A DNA stretch of 64,000 nt, from positions 25,486-89,485 of IMG/VR virus record IMGVR_UViG_3300022699_000224; one strand, written 5' to 3'. The translations under genes and the position numbers were made by a program. The stretch comes from a virus. Positions 40,101-49,808 of this stretch are shown piece by piece (the first letter of the stretch is position 1; each line of letters starts with the position of its first letter). The notes under the pieces were generated by a model. It made no database searches. It worked only from the letters and a program-made list of their open reading frames with translations, and was not told the origin of the DNA.

Positions 40101-40610
40101 ATCCTTCGCTTCAATACCAGTTCCTACCATTGCATTTACAGTAGGAACAAAACCTGCAACTGCTTCTTCTGTTTCTAAGTTAGAAGTTTTAAGAAAATAA
40201 AAAGCTTCTGATAATTCCTTTAATGATATTCTAGTTTTAGTTGCCATGTCTAAAATAGTTCTTTCTATAACCTTAATATCAGCTTCTATACTTTCACTAC
40301 TACCATGCATAACAGTTCTTATACGAGCCATTCCTTCTTCTAATTCTAAATTAGCTCTAACTACACCGCTAATAGTTCTAATAACTCCTAGCATAGCACT
40401 TCGTAATGCTAACCATACAGGAGCAACTATTAAAGCTCGTTTACCTGCTTTTTTAAGCACTTGGTCAAATGATTGAACACTTTTACCTGATTTATCGGTA
40501 GTAGTTTTTACTCTTTTTTGTGTCTTAGATATATTAGTTAGTCCTCTAGATACCGTTTTATGTCCTTTAATAGTAGCAAGAAAACTAATTAAGTAATTTT
40601 TAAAACCCAT
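37146..40610 (-). CDS. tape measure protein (TP901-like core) containing an intein
   Basis: Long Ala-rich helical protein with LEEGMARIRTV, ELSEAFYFL and SGRTG..G..L; interrupted at aa 209-567. Confidence 0.88.
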   Translation of the reverse strand: MGFKNYLISFLATIKGHKTVSRGLTNISKTQKRVKTTTDKSGKSVQSFDQVLKKAGKRALIVAPVWLALRSAMLGVIRTISGVVRANLELEEGMARIRTVMHGSSESIEADIKVIERTILDMATKTRISLKELSEAFYFLKTSNLETEEAVAGFVPTVNAMVGTGIEAKDMARAVAGSFNTMGQYMDETLTSAEKFQKISDVLTYTYACYTPDTEVLTDKGWKYFKNLDRTEKVATLNPKNNRIEYQKPIEYVVKHFNGKLCHLKGRFADIKVTPRHKLYTKVGYRPKSQKYILTEAEKVFGRPKGFYRGSNWIGENPEYFVLPGVENKTGKSKAKKIPMKLWLKFLGWYLSEGSYTWKNADDPTYRITIYQSKKSKYWNKLSKVMEEIPFHVSEFERGFIINNKQLCHYLKQFGKSYEKYIPDFVKGLSKDLLRCFINTYTLGDGYYRKNCDSFGIITSSEKMKDDFQEIALKANYGSTCHFRKGTKKTINGIHTKSRGSWSVSFSERVEFLMYNKKNEYYANKENRKITSIEEWIDYKGLVYCVEVPKYHTLFVRRNGKSFWCGNTQDVQLDELVEGYTKLAPYLSGVSDSFTDIVTLLGFLNTRLLRSGRTGRLTGRALLQLTKNADKLASIFGITFDPDKPINFLNTIKLIKESLGESAKITAEQAEALRRVFATRGAVAIRLAIANYEDLAKAIKNADENAEGFSERVARIRMGTTIAQANRFRNILAVLGNDLISGVYASGDFASALKDINNALVSTRPYIDTFGKTIGWLSQHFSNSILLISRWSKTLRLGLETVGNALLLKIPQAIEASKKLKKEIKSATKDTEDMGLLEFEGFIEYANRIDEIKRKRAEERKELQKIEELQKDLAPGGKINIRILKEKKEHLRHIASLMKERGASELDIARYRAKTLIGLKKCLSEEKYILQLTKAHNKVIEKEASYRRELTSLLIEQELALLRTRGISESQVLSLKANLESVLFTEQSELDVLKNLLEIERAITAEKEEQRSVSSESVKLYKLAQKYGINTAKAIGEVLQGISEFEGLTGRERRVISKAFPTFTQGAIASKFFFEGAGREIPIEERPTPTGIRRETISRFTQIAPTIPISVKSDLKVNLDSDRIIEKINEKVRDAIKDKSSDIRKSINNAIEEF
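38910..39986 (-). mobile_element. intein (359 aa) with LAGLIDADG-type homing endonuclease
   Basis: N-terminus A|CYTPDTEVLTDKGW, block B VTPRH, endonuclease blocks FLGWYLSEG and YTLGDG, C-terminus VYCVEVP.YHTLFVRRNGK..WCGN|T. Confidence 0.93.
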
Positions 40611-40955
40611 TTATTTTCGCCTCTTCTTTTTACTATGAAAAGAAATAGTAGGGATATTAGTATTATTTACTTTTTTAGGCTTATTTTTATCTTTGTCCTT
40701 ATTTCTATATAACAAATAAGCATCTGTTCTTAAATCATTTTTGATTATTTTTTCATCTAAATAATTAACGCCTGAACGTAAATCTGAATATAATATATGA
40801 TATATTTCTAGCCATCTCATAAACAAAATCTGAATAAAAGAAAAATCTCTATTGTTATTAAATAATTTAATATTATTTCCCATTTCTTTTGCTCTAGAAT
40901 ATAAGAATTGCCAATAAGAAGAACGTGCTAATCGTCTTATGTCTTTTTCTCTCAT
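40611..40955 (-). CDS. putative tail assembly chaperone (second)
   Basis: Position directly upstream of the tape measure gene. Confidence 0.5.
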   Translation of the reverse strand: MREKDIRRLARSSYWQFLYSRAKEMGNNIKLFNNNRDFSFIQILFMRWLEIYHILYSDLRSGVNYLDEKIIKNDLRTDAYLLYRNKDKDKNKPKKVNNTNIPTISFHSKKKRRK

Positions 40956-41605
40956 TCTTGATTAGACCTCTCATAAATTAAATAATTTAAATAATAAAAT
41001 GCTTGCGACATTAATTCATCATTATCTGATTGCATAAAATCTTTATATGTAGAAAATACTCTTTTCCATTTTTTATCTTTATCCAATTTTTCTAAAATTT
41101 TAAAACAATAATATGCATTTACTGCATTTAATAATTGGTCTTCCAGAGAATAACTAAGTAAATCTGATATTTTAATATGAATATTCATTTGTTTTTCTTT
41201 TAACTCGTCAATTTCTCTAGTAAAATCTTTTACTACTTTATCATCAGATACTTTAGCTAATTGTAATAATTTTTGTTCTATTTCAGCCTGTAATTGTATG
41301 CGGTCTCTTTCTAATTTTTTTATATCTATACCTTTTTTCTTATATTTCTTTATCCATTGTTCTTTAGGTAAATAAGAATCATCATTTATAAACTTTAAAT
41401 ATGTTTTTCTTCTAAAATTCTCAATATCTAATTGTTCTTCGTAATTAGCTTTTCTAATTCTATAATCAATACCGTCAATTCTAAACTTAATCTGATTGTT
41501 TACTACCATATTTTCTAATTTAGTATCTATTCCAATTTTATTAAGAACTTCTAATAATTTTTTAGCTTGTTTACTATTATTTTTCTTACTCATTCTTACC
41601 TCCAT
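40952..41605 (-). CDS. putative tail assembly chaperone
   Basis: Between tail tube and tape measure genes; coiled coil. Confidence 0.5.
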   Translation of the reverse strand: MEVRMSKKNNSKQAKKLLEVLNKIGIDTKLENMVVNNQIKFRIDGIDYRIRKANYEEQLDIENFRRKTYLKFINDDSYLPKEQWIKKYKKKGIDIKKLERDRIQLQAEIEQKLLQLAKVSDDKVVKDFTREIDELKEKQMNIHIKISDLLSYSLEDQLLNAVNAYYCFKILEKLDKDKKWKRVFSTYKDFMQSDNDELMSQAFYYLNYLIYERSNQE

Positions 41606-41632
41606 AATAAAAATACCTAAGAATATACACTT

Positions 41633-41896
41633 CTATTGTGTTTTCTTAGGTTTAATTTTAAATTTGACTTTTAATTCTAGACTAAGTTTGATTAATTTTT
41701 TTAAATGTCTAGTAAATTCATATATATTTTCTTTTGCCAAATTTTTATATAATTTAGCATTTAAACTTTTAGAGTCTTCTAATACTTCAACTCTTTTACA
41801 TAATATTCCAACTAAAGCCCTAGCTTCATTATCTATTAAGTCGTTTACTATTTCTAAAATTTCTTTATTATTTTCGCACTTATTCATACTTTGCAC
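41633..41896 (-). CDS. hypothetical protein
   Basis: ORF in operon orientation. Confidence 0.5.
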   Translation of the reverse strand: MQSMNKCENNKEILEIVNDLIDNEARALVGILCKRVEVLEDSKSLNAKLYKNLAKENIYEFTRHLKKLIKLSLELKVKFKIKPKKTQ

Positions 41897-41909
41897 CTAC
41901 TTTTAATTG

Positions 41910-41945
41910 GTAGGAGAGCCATCGACTCGGTCAACGCCCTCCTAC
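41910..41945 (-). terminator. stable hairpin after the major tail gene (terminator or processing site)
   Basis: Minus-strand GTAGGAG-GGC-GTTGAC/GTCGAT-G-GCT-CTCCTAC, with no clear U tract. Confidence 0.5.
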
Positions 41946-41955
41946 TTTATTATAT

Positions 41956-43203
41956 TTAAGATTCTAATTCAGATTCATTAGCAGAAATCTTTAACTCTTC
42001 TCCTTCTAAGGTAGCTTCTTTTGTTACATACTCGTTAACATTTGCTCCACCACGTAATTCAGTTGGAGATAAATTACTAGCTCTAAAACCATATTTAAAA
42101 GTATCTTTAGTGTTATCGCTATAAATTTTTAATATTAAACTAGCTTCATCGGTCAATTTAGAAACATCAATCTTACCATAAGAGGAACTTACTCCTCTCA
42201 TAACTTCTTCTATTGTAAGACTATCCAATATTCTACCTAAAGTAATAGTTACAGTTTTATCATTAATACCTCTACTAACAACATCTTTATTACCAATTTC
42301 TCTCTGGTCTTCTCTTTCAAAACTAACATCTATTGCTACACTTTGTAATCTGTAAATATAATCAGAACTAGAAGGTTTACCACTAGCAGGTATATAAAGA
42401 TATATTTCAGCAGAATCTCCCAACAGACCAGCAGGGTCAGTATCATTCTCTACAAAAATAGTAGAAGGAGCTGAAGAAGAAGTATAATATAATTTAATTA
42501 CATCTCCATTACTAACAGTAGCAACTGTAACTTTAGATGAAGTTTCAGTATAATCTCCATCAGATTTACTTAATACAGTTGAAGTGCCACTTGCACTAAC
42601 TCTAACTACTCTTATCATATATTTTCCTGAAACATCAGGGTCTTCTGTTGCAGTATTATCTAAACTTATTTCATAATCTGTATCATTACCTGTTATATCT
42701 TCTTTTTGATAAATATAATATTTATTATCATTTTCCCAATATATAGCATTTTCACCAACAAAATCAAAACTTCTTTCTATAATAGCTTGAGGTTCTGAAA
42801 TATTAATAGAAAAACCATTAACTCTTAATTCAGGATATTGAAAAGTTCCTATAAAAGTTCCGTCATCATCAGTCAAATAAGCACATATATCGAAATAAGA
42901 AGTTTTAAAATCATTCAAATTAATAGGGTCAACCCCACTACCTGAACCGCCTTTAGTTTTAGTGTTTACTAATTTTTGCCAAAGTTCTATATTACTATAC
43001 TCATACTGACTCATACTATAAGTAATAGATGGGCTAGTTTTTAAATAACCTACAACTCCATCTCTTCCTACTTCTTCTACTTTTTCCCGATTCAAAGTTT
43101 CAGTAGGGTCTATACTTTGCACCCTATCTAATTCCGCTGGAGAAACATCTCCATTAATGGGAAAAATTCTAGGTTTATAATACGAACTATGTATTAAACT
43201 CAT
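41956..43203 (-). CDS. major tail tube protein with inserted domain
   Basis: Position after the tail terminator; two tube-like segments (RVQSID...EEVG and RLQSV...REIG); AGGAGG RBS. Confidence 0.65.
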   Translation of the reverse strand: MSLIHSSYYKPRIFPINGDVSPAELDRVQSIDPTETLNREKVEEVGRDGVVGYLKTSPSITYSMSQYEYSNIELWQKLVNTKTKGGSGSGVDPINLNDFKTSYFDICAYLTDDDGTFIGTFQYPELRVNGFSINISEPQAIIERSFDFVGENAIYWENDNKYYIYQKEDITGNDTDYEISLDNTATEDPDVSGKYMIRVVRVSASGTSTVLSKSDGDYTETSSKVTVATVSNGDVIKLYYTSSSAPSTIFVENDTDPAGLLGDSAEIYLYIPASGKPSSSDYIYRLQSVAIDVSFEREDQREIGNKDVVSRGINDKTVTITLGRILDSLTIEEVMRGVSSSYGKIDVSKLTDEASLILKIYSDNTKDTFKYGFRASNLSPTELRGGANVNEYVTKEATLEGEELKISANESELES

Positions 43204-43261
43204 ATTTTTAGCCCTCCTTTTTGGCTATTTTTAATAAGATTTTCTCTTCTTTAGAAAATCT

Positions 43262-43552
43262 CTATCTATCATTTTTATGTCTTTCATTACATATAGATTC
43301 ACGCTTGACAATAGCTTTATCTATCTTGCCAAGTCGTCTAAATATTTTATCTAATTTTTTATTTAAATCTACTTTATATTCCTTTTCATTACTCTTTAAT
43401 TCTTTAATATCTTTGTTTATATGTTGAATTTCGTTATTACTAATTTTATATAATGCATACGAATTAGTTATAACTTTTAAAATTCCAATAATACTACTAA
43501 TAGCAAGTATTGTTCTCCAGTAAGAAGTTATAAAATTAATAATTATTTCCAT
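43262..43552 (-). CDS. membrane-anchored coiled-coil protein (holin-like?)
   Basis: One N-terminal transmembrane helix plus coiled coil. Confidence 0.45.
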   Translation of the reverse strand: MEIIINFITSYWRTILAISSIIGILKVITNSYALYKISNNEIQHINKDIKELKSNEKEYKVDLNKKLDKIFRRLGKIDKAIVKRESICNERHKNDR

Positions 43553-43568
43553 CTTAATTCCTTTTATT

Positions 43569-44045
43569 TTAAGTTTCTATTTTTCCAAGACTAATAGTTA
43601 AAGTAATTATATGACGAAATCTATCATGTTTATCTAAATTATTTTTATCTAAATCAAAATTTATAGGAGAATCGTCTATATCTAAAACTCTAAGTCTTCC
43701 ATTTTCTATTTTAGATTTTACTTTTCCATCTTCAATTACATATTCATAATAAATAAATCCATCTTTAACTTTAGATATTAACCAATCTTTTATATCTAAA
43801 CGATTACCATCATTAGAACCAAATATATCTACTAAAACTTGTGCAGTTCTCAATGTAGCATTATTTCCTATTTCAATTGTTTCATGTTCTGTAGTTCCAA
43901 CTCTAATACAAATAGATGGTAACTCTATACTATAAATCTTAGCAAAAGTTTTTTCTACTCTGTCATTATTCCAATCTGCTTGAAATTGACCTTTTAAATA
44001 ATCTATAATACTTGCTTCTATGTTTCTACTTATACGATATGCCAT
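43569..44045 (-). CDS. tail terminator/completion protein
   Basis: LPSICI...QVLVDIFG pattern; gene order. Confidence 0.6.
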   Translation of the reverse strand: MAYRISRNIEASIIDYLKGQFQADWNNDRVEKTFAKIYSIELPSICIRVGTTEHETIEIGNNATLRTAQVLVDIFGSNDGNRLDIKDWLISKVKDGFIYYEYVIEDGKVKSKIENGRLRVLDIDDSPINFDLDKNNLDKHDRFRHIITLTISLGKIET

Positions 44046-44585
44046 TTATTTTCTTCTCTTTAATTTTCTTATTATATTTTTAATGTCTATATTTAATTTA
44101 AGACGAGTAGCCTCTATATAATTTGTAGGTCTTATCGAAGAAGGAGTATTAGTTCCTTTCGTAATTCTTCTAACTTTTGTAACTCTAGCTCTTCCTGTTC
44201 CTCTTAAACTAGGGTCTGCATTGCCATCAGTAAATTTTACAGGTCTATATTTTCCTCCTCCTGGAATAAAAGGCTCTCCTGTTATTTTTTTACCATAATT
44301 AATTACATACCAATAAGGAGCCTGTCTATTTAATACTTCTCTATTACCAATTCCCCATTCAATTTTACCTGCACCATGAATTCTATCTAAGGTAATCGCC
44401 ATAGCTAAATTACCAGTGCTACCTTGTCTATGAAGTCCTGTAGTAATATAATTTCTAATATATTTTAATAATTTATTTCCTAACTCAAATGCTTGAGCCT
44501 GAAATTCAAACCAATCTCTTTCTATAGTCTTTGATATTATTCTCTTTACATTAAATTTAGGAGTTATTTTTATCCGCATGCCCAT
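44046..44585 (-). CDS. neck protein (HK97 gp10-like)
   Basis: STGNLA..I, APYW.VINYG and RP..YI. Confidence 0.65.
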   Translation of the reverse strand: MGMRIKITPKFNVKRIISKTIERDWFEFQAQAFELGNKLLKYIRNYITTGLHRQGSTGNLAMAITLDRIHGAGKIEWGIGNREVLNRQAPYWYVINYGKKITGEPFIPGGGKYRPVKFTDGNADPSLRGTGRARVTKVRRITKGTNTPSSIRPTNYIEATRLKLNIDIKNIIRKLKRRK

Positions 44586-44603
44586 TTATAATATATGACC
44601 TCT

Positions 44604-44957
44604 TTACGACTCTTTTTTTGAATATACATAAGCTCTTAAATAATTACCTTCTATTCTATATTGTAATCTACCATTAATACGCCAACCATTATATAATTCT
44701 CCATTTATTTCTATTTTATGAGACCTTTTTAATAAATTTTCACGTTTCTTTTTTATAATTATTTCTTTAGCTTTATCAGTTATTATACCTGGAATTTTCC
44801 ATTGAATAGAAGAAAAATTTAAATCGCTAACAATAGCTTTAACAGGTAAAGGATTAAGCATTGTAGATTCAACTGTATGTTCATAAGGGTCAATTTCAGT
44901 TTCTACTGCTAAATAAATTCTAATATATTTTGATTTGTCTCTGAATAAATTATCCAT
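44604..44957 (-). CDS. head closure/head-tail joining protein
   Basis: Size, gene order and beta-rich sequence. Confidence 0.5.
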   Translation of the reverse strand: MDNLFRDKSKYIRIYLAVETEIDPYEHTVESTMLNPLPVKAIVSDLNFSSIQWKIPGIITDKAKEIIIKKKRENLLKRSHKIEINGELYNGWRINGRLQYRIEGNYLRAYVYSKKES

Positions 44958-44960
44958 AAA

Positions 44961-45581
44961 TTAAATAATTCCTAAATATTTAAGTTCTTTTTCTTTTAAT
45001 ATTTCAAAATTAATATCTTCTAATTTTTTCTGAAATTTTTGAATTTTATTTCTTGCATATTTTGAAAACTGTCCTTTTATTTCTATATATAAATCTTTTT
45101 CAGGTAAATAAAAATCTGGTGTATAAGTAGTATTTCCTAAATCAAAAGTTTTAGGTTCATATTGCCATTTAATATTATTTTTATCTAAATATTGTGCATA
45201 AGCAATTTCCCAGGAAGAACGCATCCTAATATTTTTATAATTTCCTGCTTTTGGAGGAATACATATCCTCCCATAAGTAGGAGATAATTTTCCAGATTTT
45301 CCAAACATCGGATTATTTTCTCCAATTTTATTGCAAGACCTACATTTTTTAGTATTATTCCAACATTGATAACCTATTTGTTTATTACAAGTTATACAAA
45401 AATATTTTTTTCTCTTGATAGCATTATTACCTTTCCAATTTGGATGATTTTCTTTATAATAATGTTTTCCGTAAAAATTATTATTTTTTCCTCTCATCAT
45501 TTTTGAGTGTCTTTTATCTTGACATTTTCTACATCTTTGTCCGCTACATTTTTTATTACAATCTATACATTTATTTTTCAT
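44961..45581 (-). CDS. free-standing homing-type endonuclease (NUMOD3/zinc repeats plus PD-(D/E)XK)
   Basis: GKNNNFYGK and GENNPMFGK repeats, CxxC pairs, RSSWE...YEP..F...YTPDF...IEIKG. Confidence 0.82.
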   Translation of the reverse strand: MKNKCIDCNKKCSGQRCRKCQDKRHSKMMRGKNNNFYGKHYYKENHPNWKGNNAIKRKKYFCITCNKQIGYQCWNNTKKCRSCNKIGENNPMFGKSGKLSPTYGRICIPPKAGNYKNIRMRSSWEIAYAQYLDKNNIKWQYEPKTFDLGNTTYTPDFYLPEKDLYIEIKGQFSKYARNKIQKFQKKLEDINFEILKEKELKYLGII

Positions 45582-45582
45582 A

Positions 45583-47973
45583 TTACGACCACATTAAACC
45601 TGTTCCATGTATTTTTAAATCTTTATTATTTGCGGTTATTAATTTATATTCCATATTAGTTCCACTGCCTATACCAGATTGAGTTAAATCTACATCTCCA
45701 GCTAATACTCTTTTAGAAGTTTCATAATCTCCTTCATCTGCTAAGGTAATTTCAGCCCAAGTAGAACCTCCATCTTTACTTGCATATGCTTTTAAATCTG
45801 TATTAATAGTTATACTATCAACATCTTCTTCAAAAATTATTATTCTTGTATTATCAGGTTCTGTTTCAGCACTAAAAGAATCAGAAATTAAAGTCATATT
45901 ATAAGGAGTTCCTGTTCCACTAGCATATTCGTGAGATGATGGAGTAAAATTAGAAGTCCAACGAGCTATGCCCTTAGAAATTCTAATCTCATCAAGCCAT
46001 CCATTGAAATAAGATTCCTCTAAAACTTGGTTTTTCTTGCCTACATATAAATCATCAGTAGAATCATTTATAGTTATTCCTGTTACATCGCTTGTAGAAC
46101 CTATTTGAGAGCCATCAACAAAAGCGTAGCAATTATTACCACTTCTAACAACTGCTAAATGATACCAAGTATTAGCAGAAGGAGACCAGTTCCAAGAAGT
46201 ATTATTACTATTGCTACCATCAGTAGAATAATAAAATCTTAAAGTGCTATCTCCAGTTACATACAAAATCATCCAAGCTCTATTTGTATCTGGATATTGT
46301 CCTATAATAGCAGATTGATTTACTGAACTATCCCATCTTATCCATAAATCTACCGTAAAATCTCCACTTCCAAAATCCCAATTCGTTGAATCAGGAATAC
46401 TTAAATAATCGCCTGTTCCGTCAAAATACATTGAACTATTACTAAATTTATATTGTGCTTGGTCTATTTTAGCATCTGCATGATAACTAACTATATGATT
46501 ATTTCCACTTTCATCTCCACCAGAAGCGTCTCCTGTAGATGTTGCTCCATCTGTTCCGTCAAAATGAGCTAAAAATGCAGTATCTTGAGCAGAGATATGT
46601 TCGCTAGTAGGGATTGTTATAGTATCACTATTATCATTTTGAGGAGAAGCAGAAAATGCATTAGTATGAGTAATTCTTATTTCATCCATCCAACCATTAA
46701 AATAATCAGAAGTTCCTGAATTGCTTCCTATATATAAAGTAGCAGAAAAAGTATCAGTAGAAGCAGATGTATTATAAGCTATTTGATTTCCGTCTTTATA
46801 TACTCCGTATTCGTTACCAACTTTACAAACAGCAATATGATGCCAATCAGTATTTGTAATTTCTCCAGCTCTTGTTGTCTCTATTATAGGACTTCCTTCT
46901 GAATAATAATCAAATCCTATTCCGCTACCATCATTGTGATTAACTTTCCAAAAATTCGACCCATCTTCACTATAAATGAAATATACTTCTGTTCCAGAAT
47001 GGTCAGCGTGTTTAACCCAAAAGTCAATAGTAAAATTAGTTGAATCTATATCAAAATCACTATATCCAGGTATGGTTAAATAATCACTATCGCCATCAAA
47101 TAAACACGAACTTTCGCCAAATTTATACTGTGCGGTGTCTAATTGTGCAGTTCCATTAAATGTTATAGAATGAGATTTACTCTCATCTGTTCCATTTCCA
47201 TGTAATAACAATTTAGTATATTCATCTATTCCTGCTGGCTCTTTTTCTGGAGAATATAAATCATTAGTAGAATCATATTCTTCATGAGTAGAAGATGCAG
47301 TATCTATTCCACTTTCATCTTCATATTCATCTACAATACCATCTAACATATTTAATTGTGTCAAAGAACCGTTTATGGCAATTCTAAAAGCATTTAATAA
47401 AATATTATGTTCTATTCTGCCAGCTATTTTTAAAGTTGAATCAGTGCGTTTAATAGTAAAATCATCTATATTAGTTAAATTGTCTACTTCTGATTGAGTA
47501 TATTTATCTAAATTACTTATATCAGCTTCAACTAAAGCTCTAGATTCCCAATCAACTCCATCTGCTACTAAAACATTACGATTAGTAGGAGTAGATGTAT
47601 TTACATCAGATAAATCAGATAATTGAGACGCTCCGCCTCCACTACCTGACCATTCTGACCAACTAGAACCATCAAAATAATAAAATTTATTTTCATCATC
47701 TACCCAACAAATCCAACCTTCTGATGGAGTATAATAATTCCATTGTCCAGAATGATAATGTGCAATATCATTATCGTGTCCAGCCCAATCAGTTCCACTA
47801 TCTCCTGATATAATTAAATATCTATCATCAGTAGAAGGAACGCCAGGAGGACTAGTAGTATCCTTATCTTTAACACTAGCTTGCCAACTTAATCCTGATG
47901 GGTTTAAATCCTTTTGTAATAATTCATAATCTCTTAATTGGTCTCTAGATATTCCAGTATTTCTATCAGCCAT
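45583..47973 (-). CDS. virion fibre protein (DUF2793-like N-terminus plus two LamG domains)
   Basis: DRYLI...WAGH...IA...W....P.EGW.CWV.DE; two F.GDYL...FT.DFW...W.H.A...GW.DE.RI units. Confidence 0.8.
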   Translation of the reverse strand: MADRNTGISRDQLRDYELLQKDLNPSGLSWQASVKDKDTTSPPGVPSTDDRYLIISGDSGTDWAGHDNDIAHYHSGQWNYYTPSEGWICWVDDENKFYYFDGSSWSEWSGSGGGASQLSDLSDVNTSTPTNRNVLVADGVDWESRALVEADISNLDKYTQSEVDNLTNIDDFTIKRTDSTLKIAGRIEHNILLNAFRIAINGSLTQLNMLDGIVDEYEDESGIDTASSTHEEYDSTNDLYSPEKEPAGIDEYTKLLLHGNGTDESKSHSITFNGTAQLDTAQYKFGESSCLFDGDSDYLTIPGYSDFDIDSTNFTIDFWVKHADHSGTEVYFIYSEDGSNFWKVNHNDGSGIGFDYYSEGSPIIETTRAGEITNTDWHHIAVCKVGNEYGVYKDGNQIAYNTSASTDTFSATLYIGSNSGTSDYFNGWMDEIRITHTNAFSASPQNDNSDTITIPTSEHISAQDTAFLAHFDGTDGATSTGDASGGDESGNNHIVSYHADAKIDQAQYKFSNSSMYFDGTGDYLSIPDSTNWDFGSGDFTVDLWIRWDSSVNQSAIIGQYPDTNRAWMILYVTGDSTLRFYYSTDGSNSNNTSWNWSPSANTWYHLAVVRSGNNCYAFVDGSQIGSTSDVTGITINDSTDDLYVGKKNQVLEESYFNGWLDEIRISKGIARWTSNFTPSSHEYASGTGTPYNMTLISDSFSAETEPDNTRIIIFEEDVDSITINTDLKAYASKDGGSTWAEITLADEGDYETSKRVLAGDVDLTQSGIGSGTNMEYKLITANNKDLKIHGTGLMWS

Positions 47974-47980
47974 ATTATAT

Positions 47981-48130
47981 CTATCCCTTTAGAAGTCCTA
48001 TTTTCTTAGCAATAAGTATAACTAAATCCTTAAAGTCTTTATCAGTTAAGTCTTTTATACTTTTATTTTTAAACTTTTTTATTGATTTTATCAATTCTCT
48101 TTGTTTTTTATTTATTAGTCTTTTGACCAT
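47981..48130 (-). CDS. small hypothetical protein (49 aa; not in ORF track)
   Basis: MVKRLINKKQRELIKS...IAKKIGLLKG fills the gap in the operon. Confidence 0.5.
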   Translation of the reverse strand: MVKRLINKKQRELIKSIKKFKNKSIKDLTDKDFKDLVILIAKKIGLLKG

Positions 48131-48324
48131 TTTTTCTTTTTCCTATCAAGAGATTTTATTGTTAAAGTTAATAAATATTCCATTCCGCATTTTTTGCACT
48201 TTAATCTAAATCTACTATTTGACCTTATATAATCTCCGCTTTTAGTTTTAATATCTAAAGGCATAACATAAAGGTTAGTAGATTTACATAATTTACATTT
48301 AAAATCAATTTTGGTTGTAATCAT
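48115..48324 (-). CDS. zinc-ribbon protein
   Basis: CKLC...CKKC. Confidence 0.6.
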   Translation of the reverse strand: MITTKIDFKCKLCKSTNLYVMPLDIKTKSGDYIRSNSRFRLKCKKCGMEYLLTLTIKSLDRKKKKWSKD

Positions 48325-48578
48325 TATTTTTCTGGTTGTAATAAATCATTAATGAATAACAATATACCTTCTACTCTATGTAATTGTCTTTGGATTTCTT
48401 TTATTTTGTTAAGTTTATTTTTACGTTCAGTTTTAGCCCATTCTAATTTAGCCACTATTAGTTTTCTCAATCTATCGGAATCTAACTTTCTAGTTTTTTC
48501 CATACGTTTTAGAGTTTTCTTCATCTTTTTCTTTTTTGTTTTTTTTAATTTTTGACTTTGTTTTCCTTTTAATTTCAT
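48324..48578 (-). CDS. basic coiled-coil protein
   Basis: GGAGG RBS. Confidence 0.55.
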   Translation of the reverse strand: MKLKGKQSQKLKKTKKKKMKKTLKRMEKTRKLDSDRLRKLIVAKLEWAKTERKNKLNKIKEIQRQLHRVEGILLFINDLLQPEK

Positions 48579-48630
48579 ATTACCTCCATACTATAAAGTT
48601 TAATGTGTTTTTTAGGTTAATCAATTAGTT

Positions 48631-49392
48631 TTAAGTAGCGATATAATGAATCAATAAAATATCACCAGATTCAGGTGCGGTAGTAAATTCTACCGTAGTT
48701 CCTGTAAGAGTATAATCTTCACCAGAACCTTCCTGCTGTAACAAACCATTCAAGAATACCTGAACTGAATTAGTTACAGGACTAGAATCTAAAGTAAATG
48801 TAGTATTAGTTCCATCACAATTAGCAGATTCATCTGCTAATTTAATCTCACTTTCTTGGAGATAATCTTCTGTTATAGAAGTTTTAGAAGTCCATTCCAT
48901 GTAACTTCCGCTATTATTCCAAGTAAGCACATAACCATCAACACCTGCACCTTCTGCATTATTGATAGCTATTTTTCCAACTGTAACACCATCATCTTTT
49001 AATTGTAAATTGCCACCGCTAATTTCTATTCCAGAATCATCTACCTGAACGTCTAATACTCCATCAGAATCAGTTGCTAAAGCATTTCCTGCGATAGCAT
49101 CTACAAAATCTACTATAGACTCCTTATCAGAACCGTTATCTCCTGTATCTACAAATGCTATATAGTCATTAGCTACATCTATAGCATCTTCGCTAAGTTC
49201 ATTTAAATCAACAATTAACGCACTAGCACTATTAGCTAATCCGTTACCTGCTATAGCTGTAACAAAATCATCTACAGCTTCTACTTTAATAGCTCCATCT
49301 GTATCTTTAAATGCTAACGAATCAGCAGTTATATCTATAGCTTCATCAGAAAGATTTATTTGTTGACCTCTTATTCTCGTATTAAGTGCCAT
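48631..49392 (-). CDS. virion fibre/decoration protein
   Basis: Internal duplicated AIAG..LA units; C-terminal VQVFLNGLLQ...DYT...F..AP..GD domain. Confidence 0.7.
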   Translation of the reverse strand: MALNTRIRGQQINLSDEAIDITADSLAFKDTDGAIKVEAVDDFVTAIAGNGLANSASALIVDLNELSEDAIDVANDYIAFVDTGDNGSDKESIVDFVDAIAGNALATDSDGVLDVQVDDSGIEISGGNLQLKDDGVTVGKIAINNAEGAGVDGYVLTWNNSGSYMEWTSKTSITEDYLQESEIKLADESANCDGTNTTFTLDSSPVTNSVQVFLNGLLQQEGSGEDYTLTGTTVEFTTAPESGDILLIHYIAT

Positions 49393-49530
49393 ATATTTCG
49401 CCTCCCTTTTAGCTTATTTTAAGCTCAAGGGTCATTTCATTTTTAAACTCTTATGAGTATTTAGGAGATTTAACCCTCTCCAACACATTAAACTCAACAA
49501 TTTCAAATTCAAATTACACGTGTAAATAAT

Positions 49531-49803
49531 TTATGTATTAATATAACCAGAACCTCCGCATTTACACGAAGAATAACCTCTTCTTACATTAGTTCCGCAT
49601 GAACATTTTTTTATTATTTTATTACTTTCTAGGTGTTTAAATAATTTTTTTAAATTATTATATGTAAAATCCATTACTTGTGATTTAAAATATTTAAATT
49701 CCTTAGTTCTACAATCAAATTTAAACGATAATAAATCTAAAGTTTTTTTCATAATATCTAGATTTTTTAAATATATTTCTCTTGCTAATTGAATTTTTTG
49801 CAT
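49531..49803 (-). CDS. hypothetical protein with C-terminal Cys cluster
   Basis: CSCG...CKCGGSG. Confidence 0.55.
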   Translation of the reverse strand: MQKIQLAREIYLKNLDIMKKTLDLLSFKFDCRTKEFKYFKSQVMDFTYNNLKKLFKHLESNKIIKKCSCGTNVRRGYSSCKCGGSGYINT

Positions 49804-49808
49804 AATAT

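Noticed and set aside
40952-41000. Programmed -1 frameshift between tail chaperone ORFs (T TTA AAT heptamer)
   Set aside because: The -1 frame hits TGA five codons after the heptamer, before the second ORF, which has its own GAGG RBS and ATGA overlap.
29125-47973. Diversity-generating retroelement acting on tail or LamG genes
   Set aside because: No reverse transcriptase, and I saw no near-identical TR/VR pair differing at adenines.
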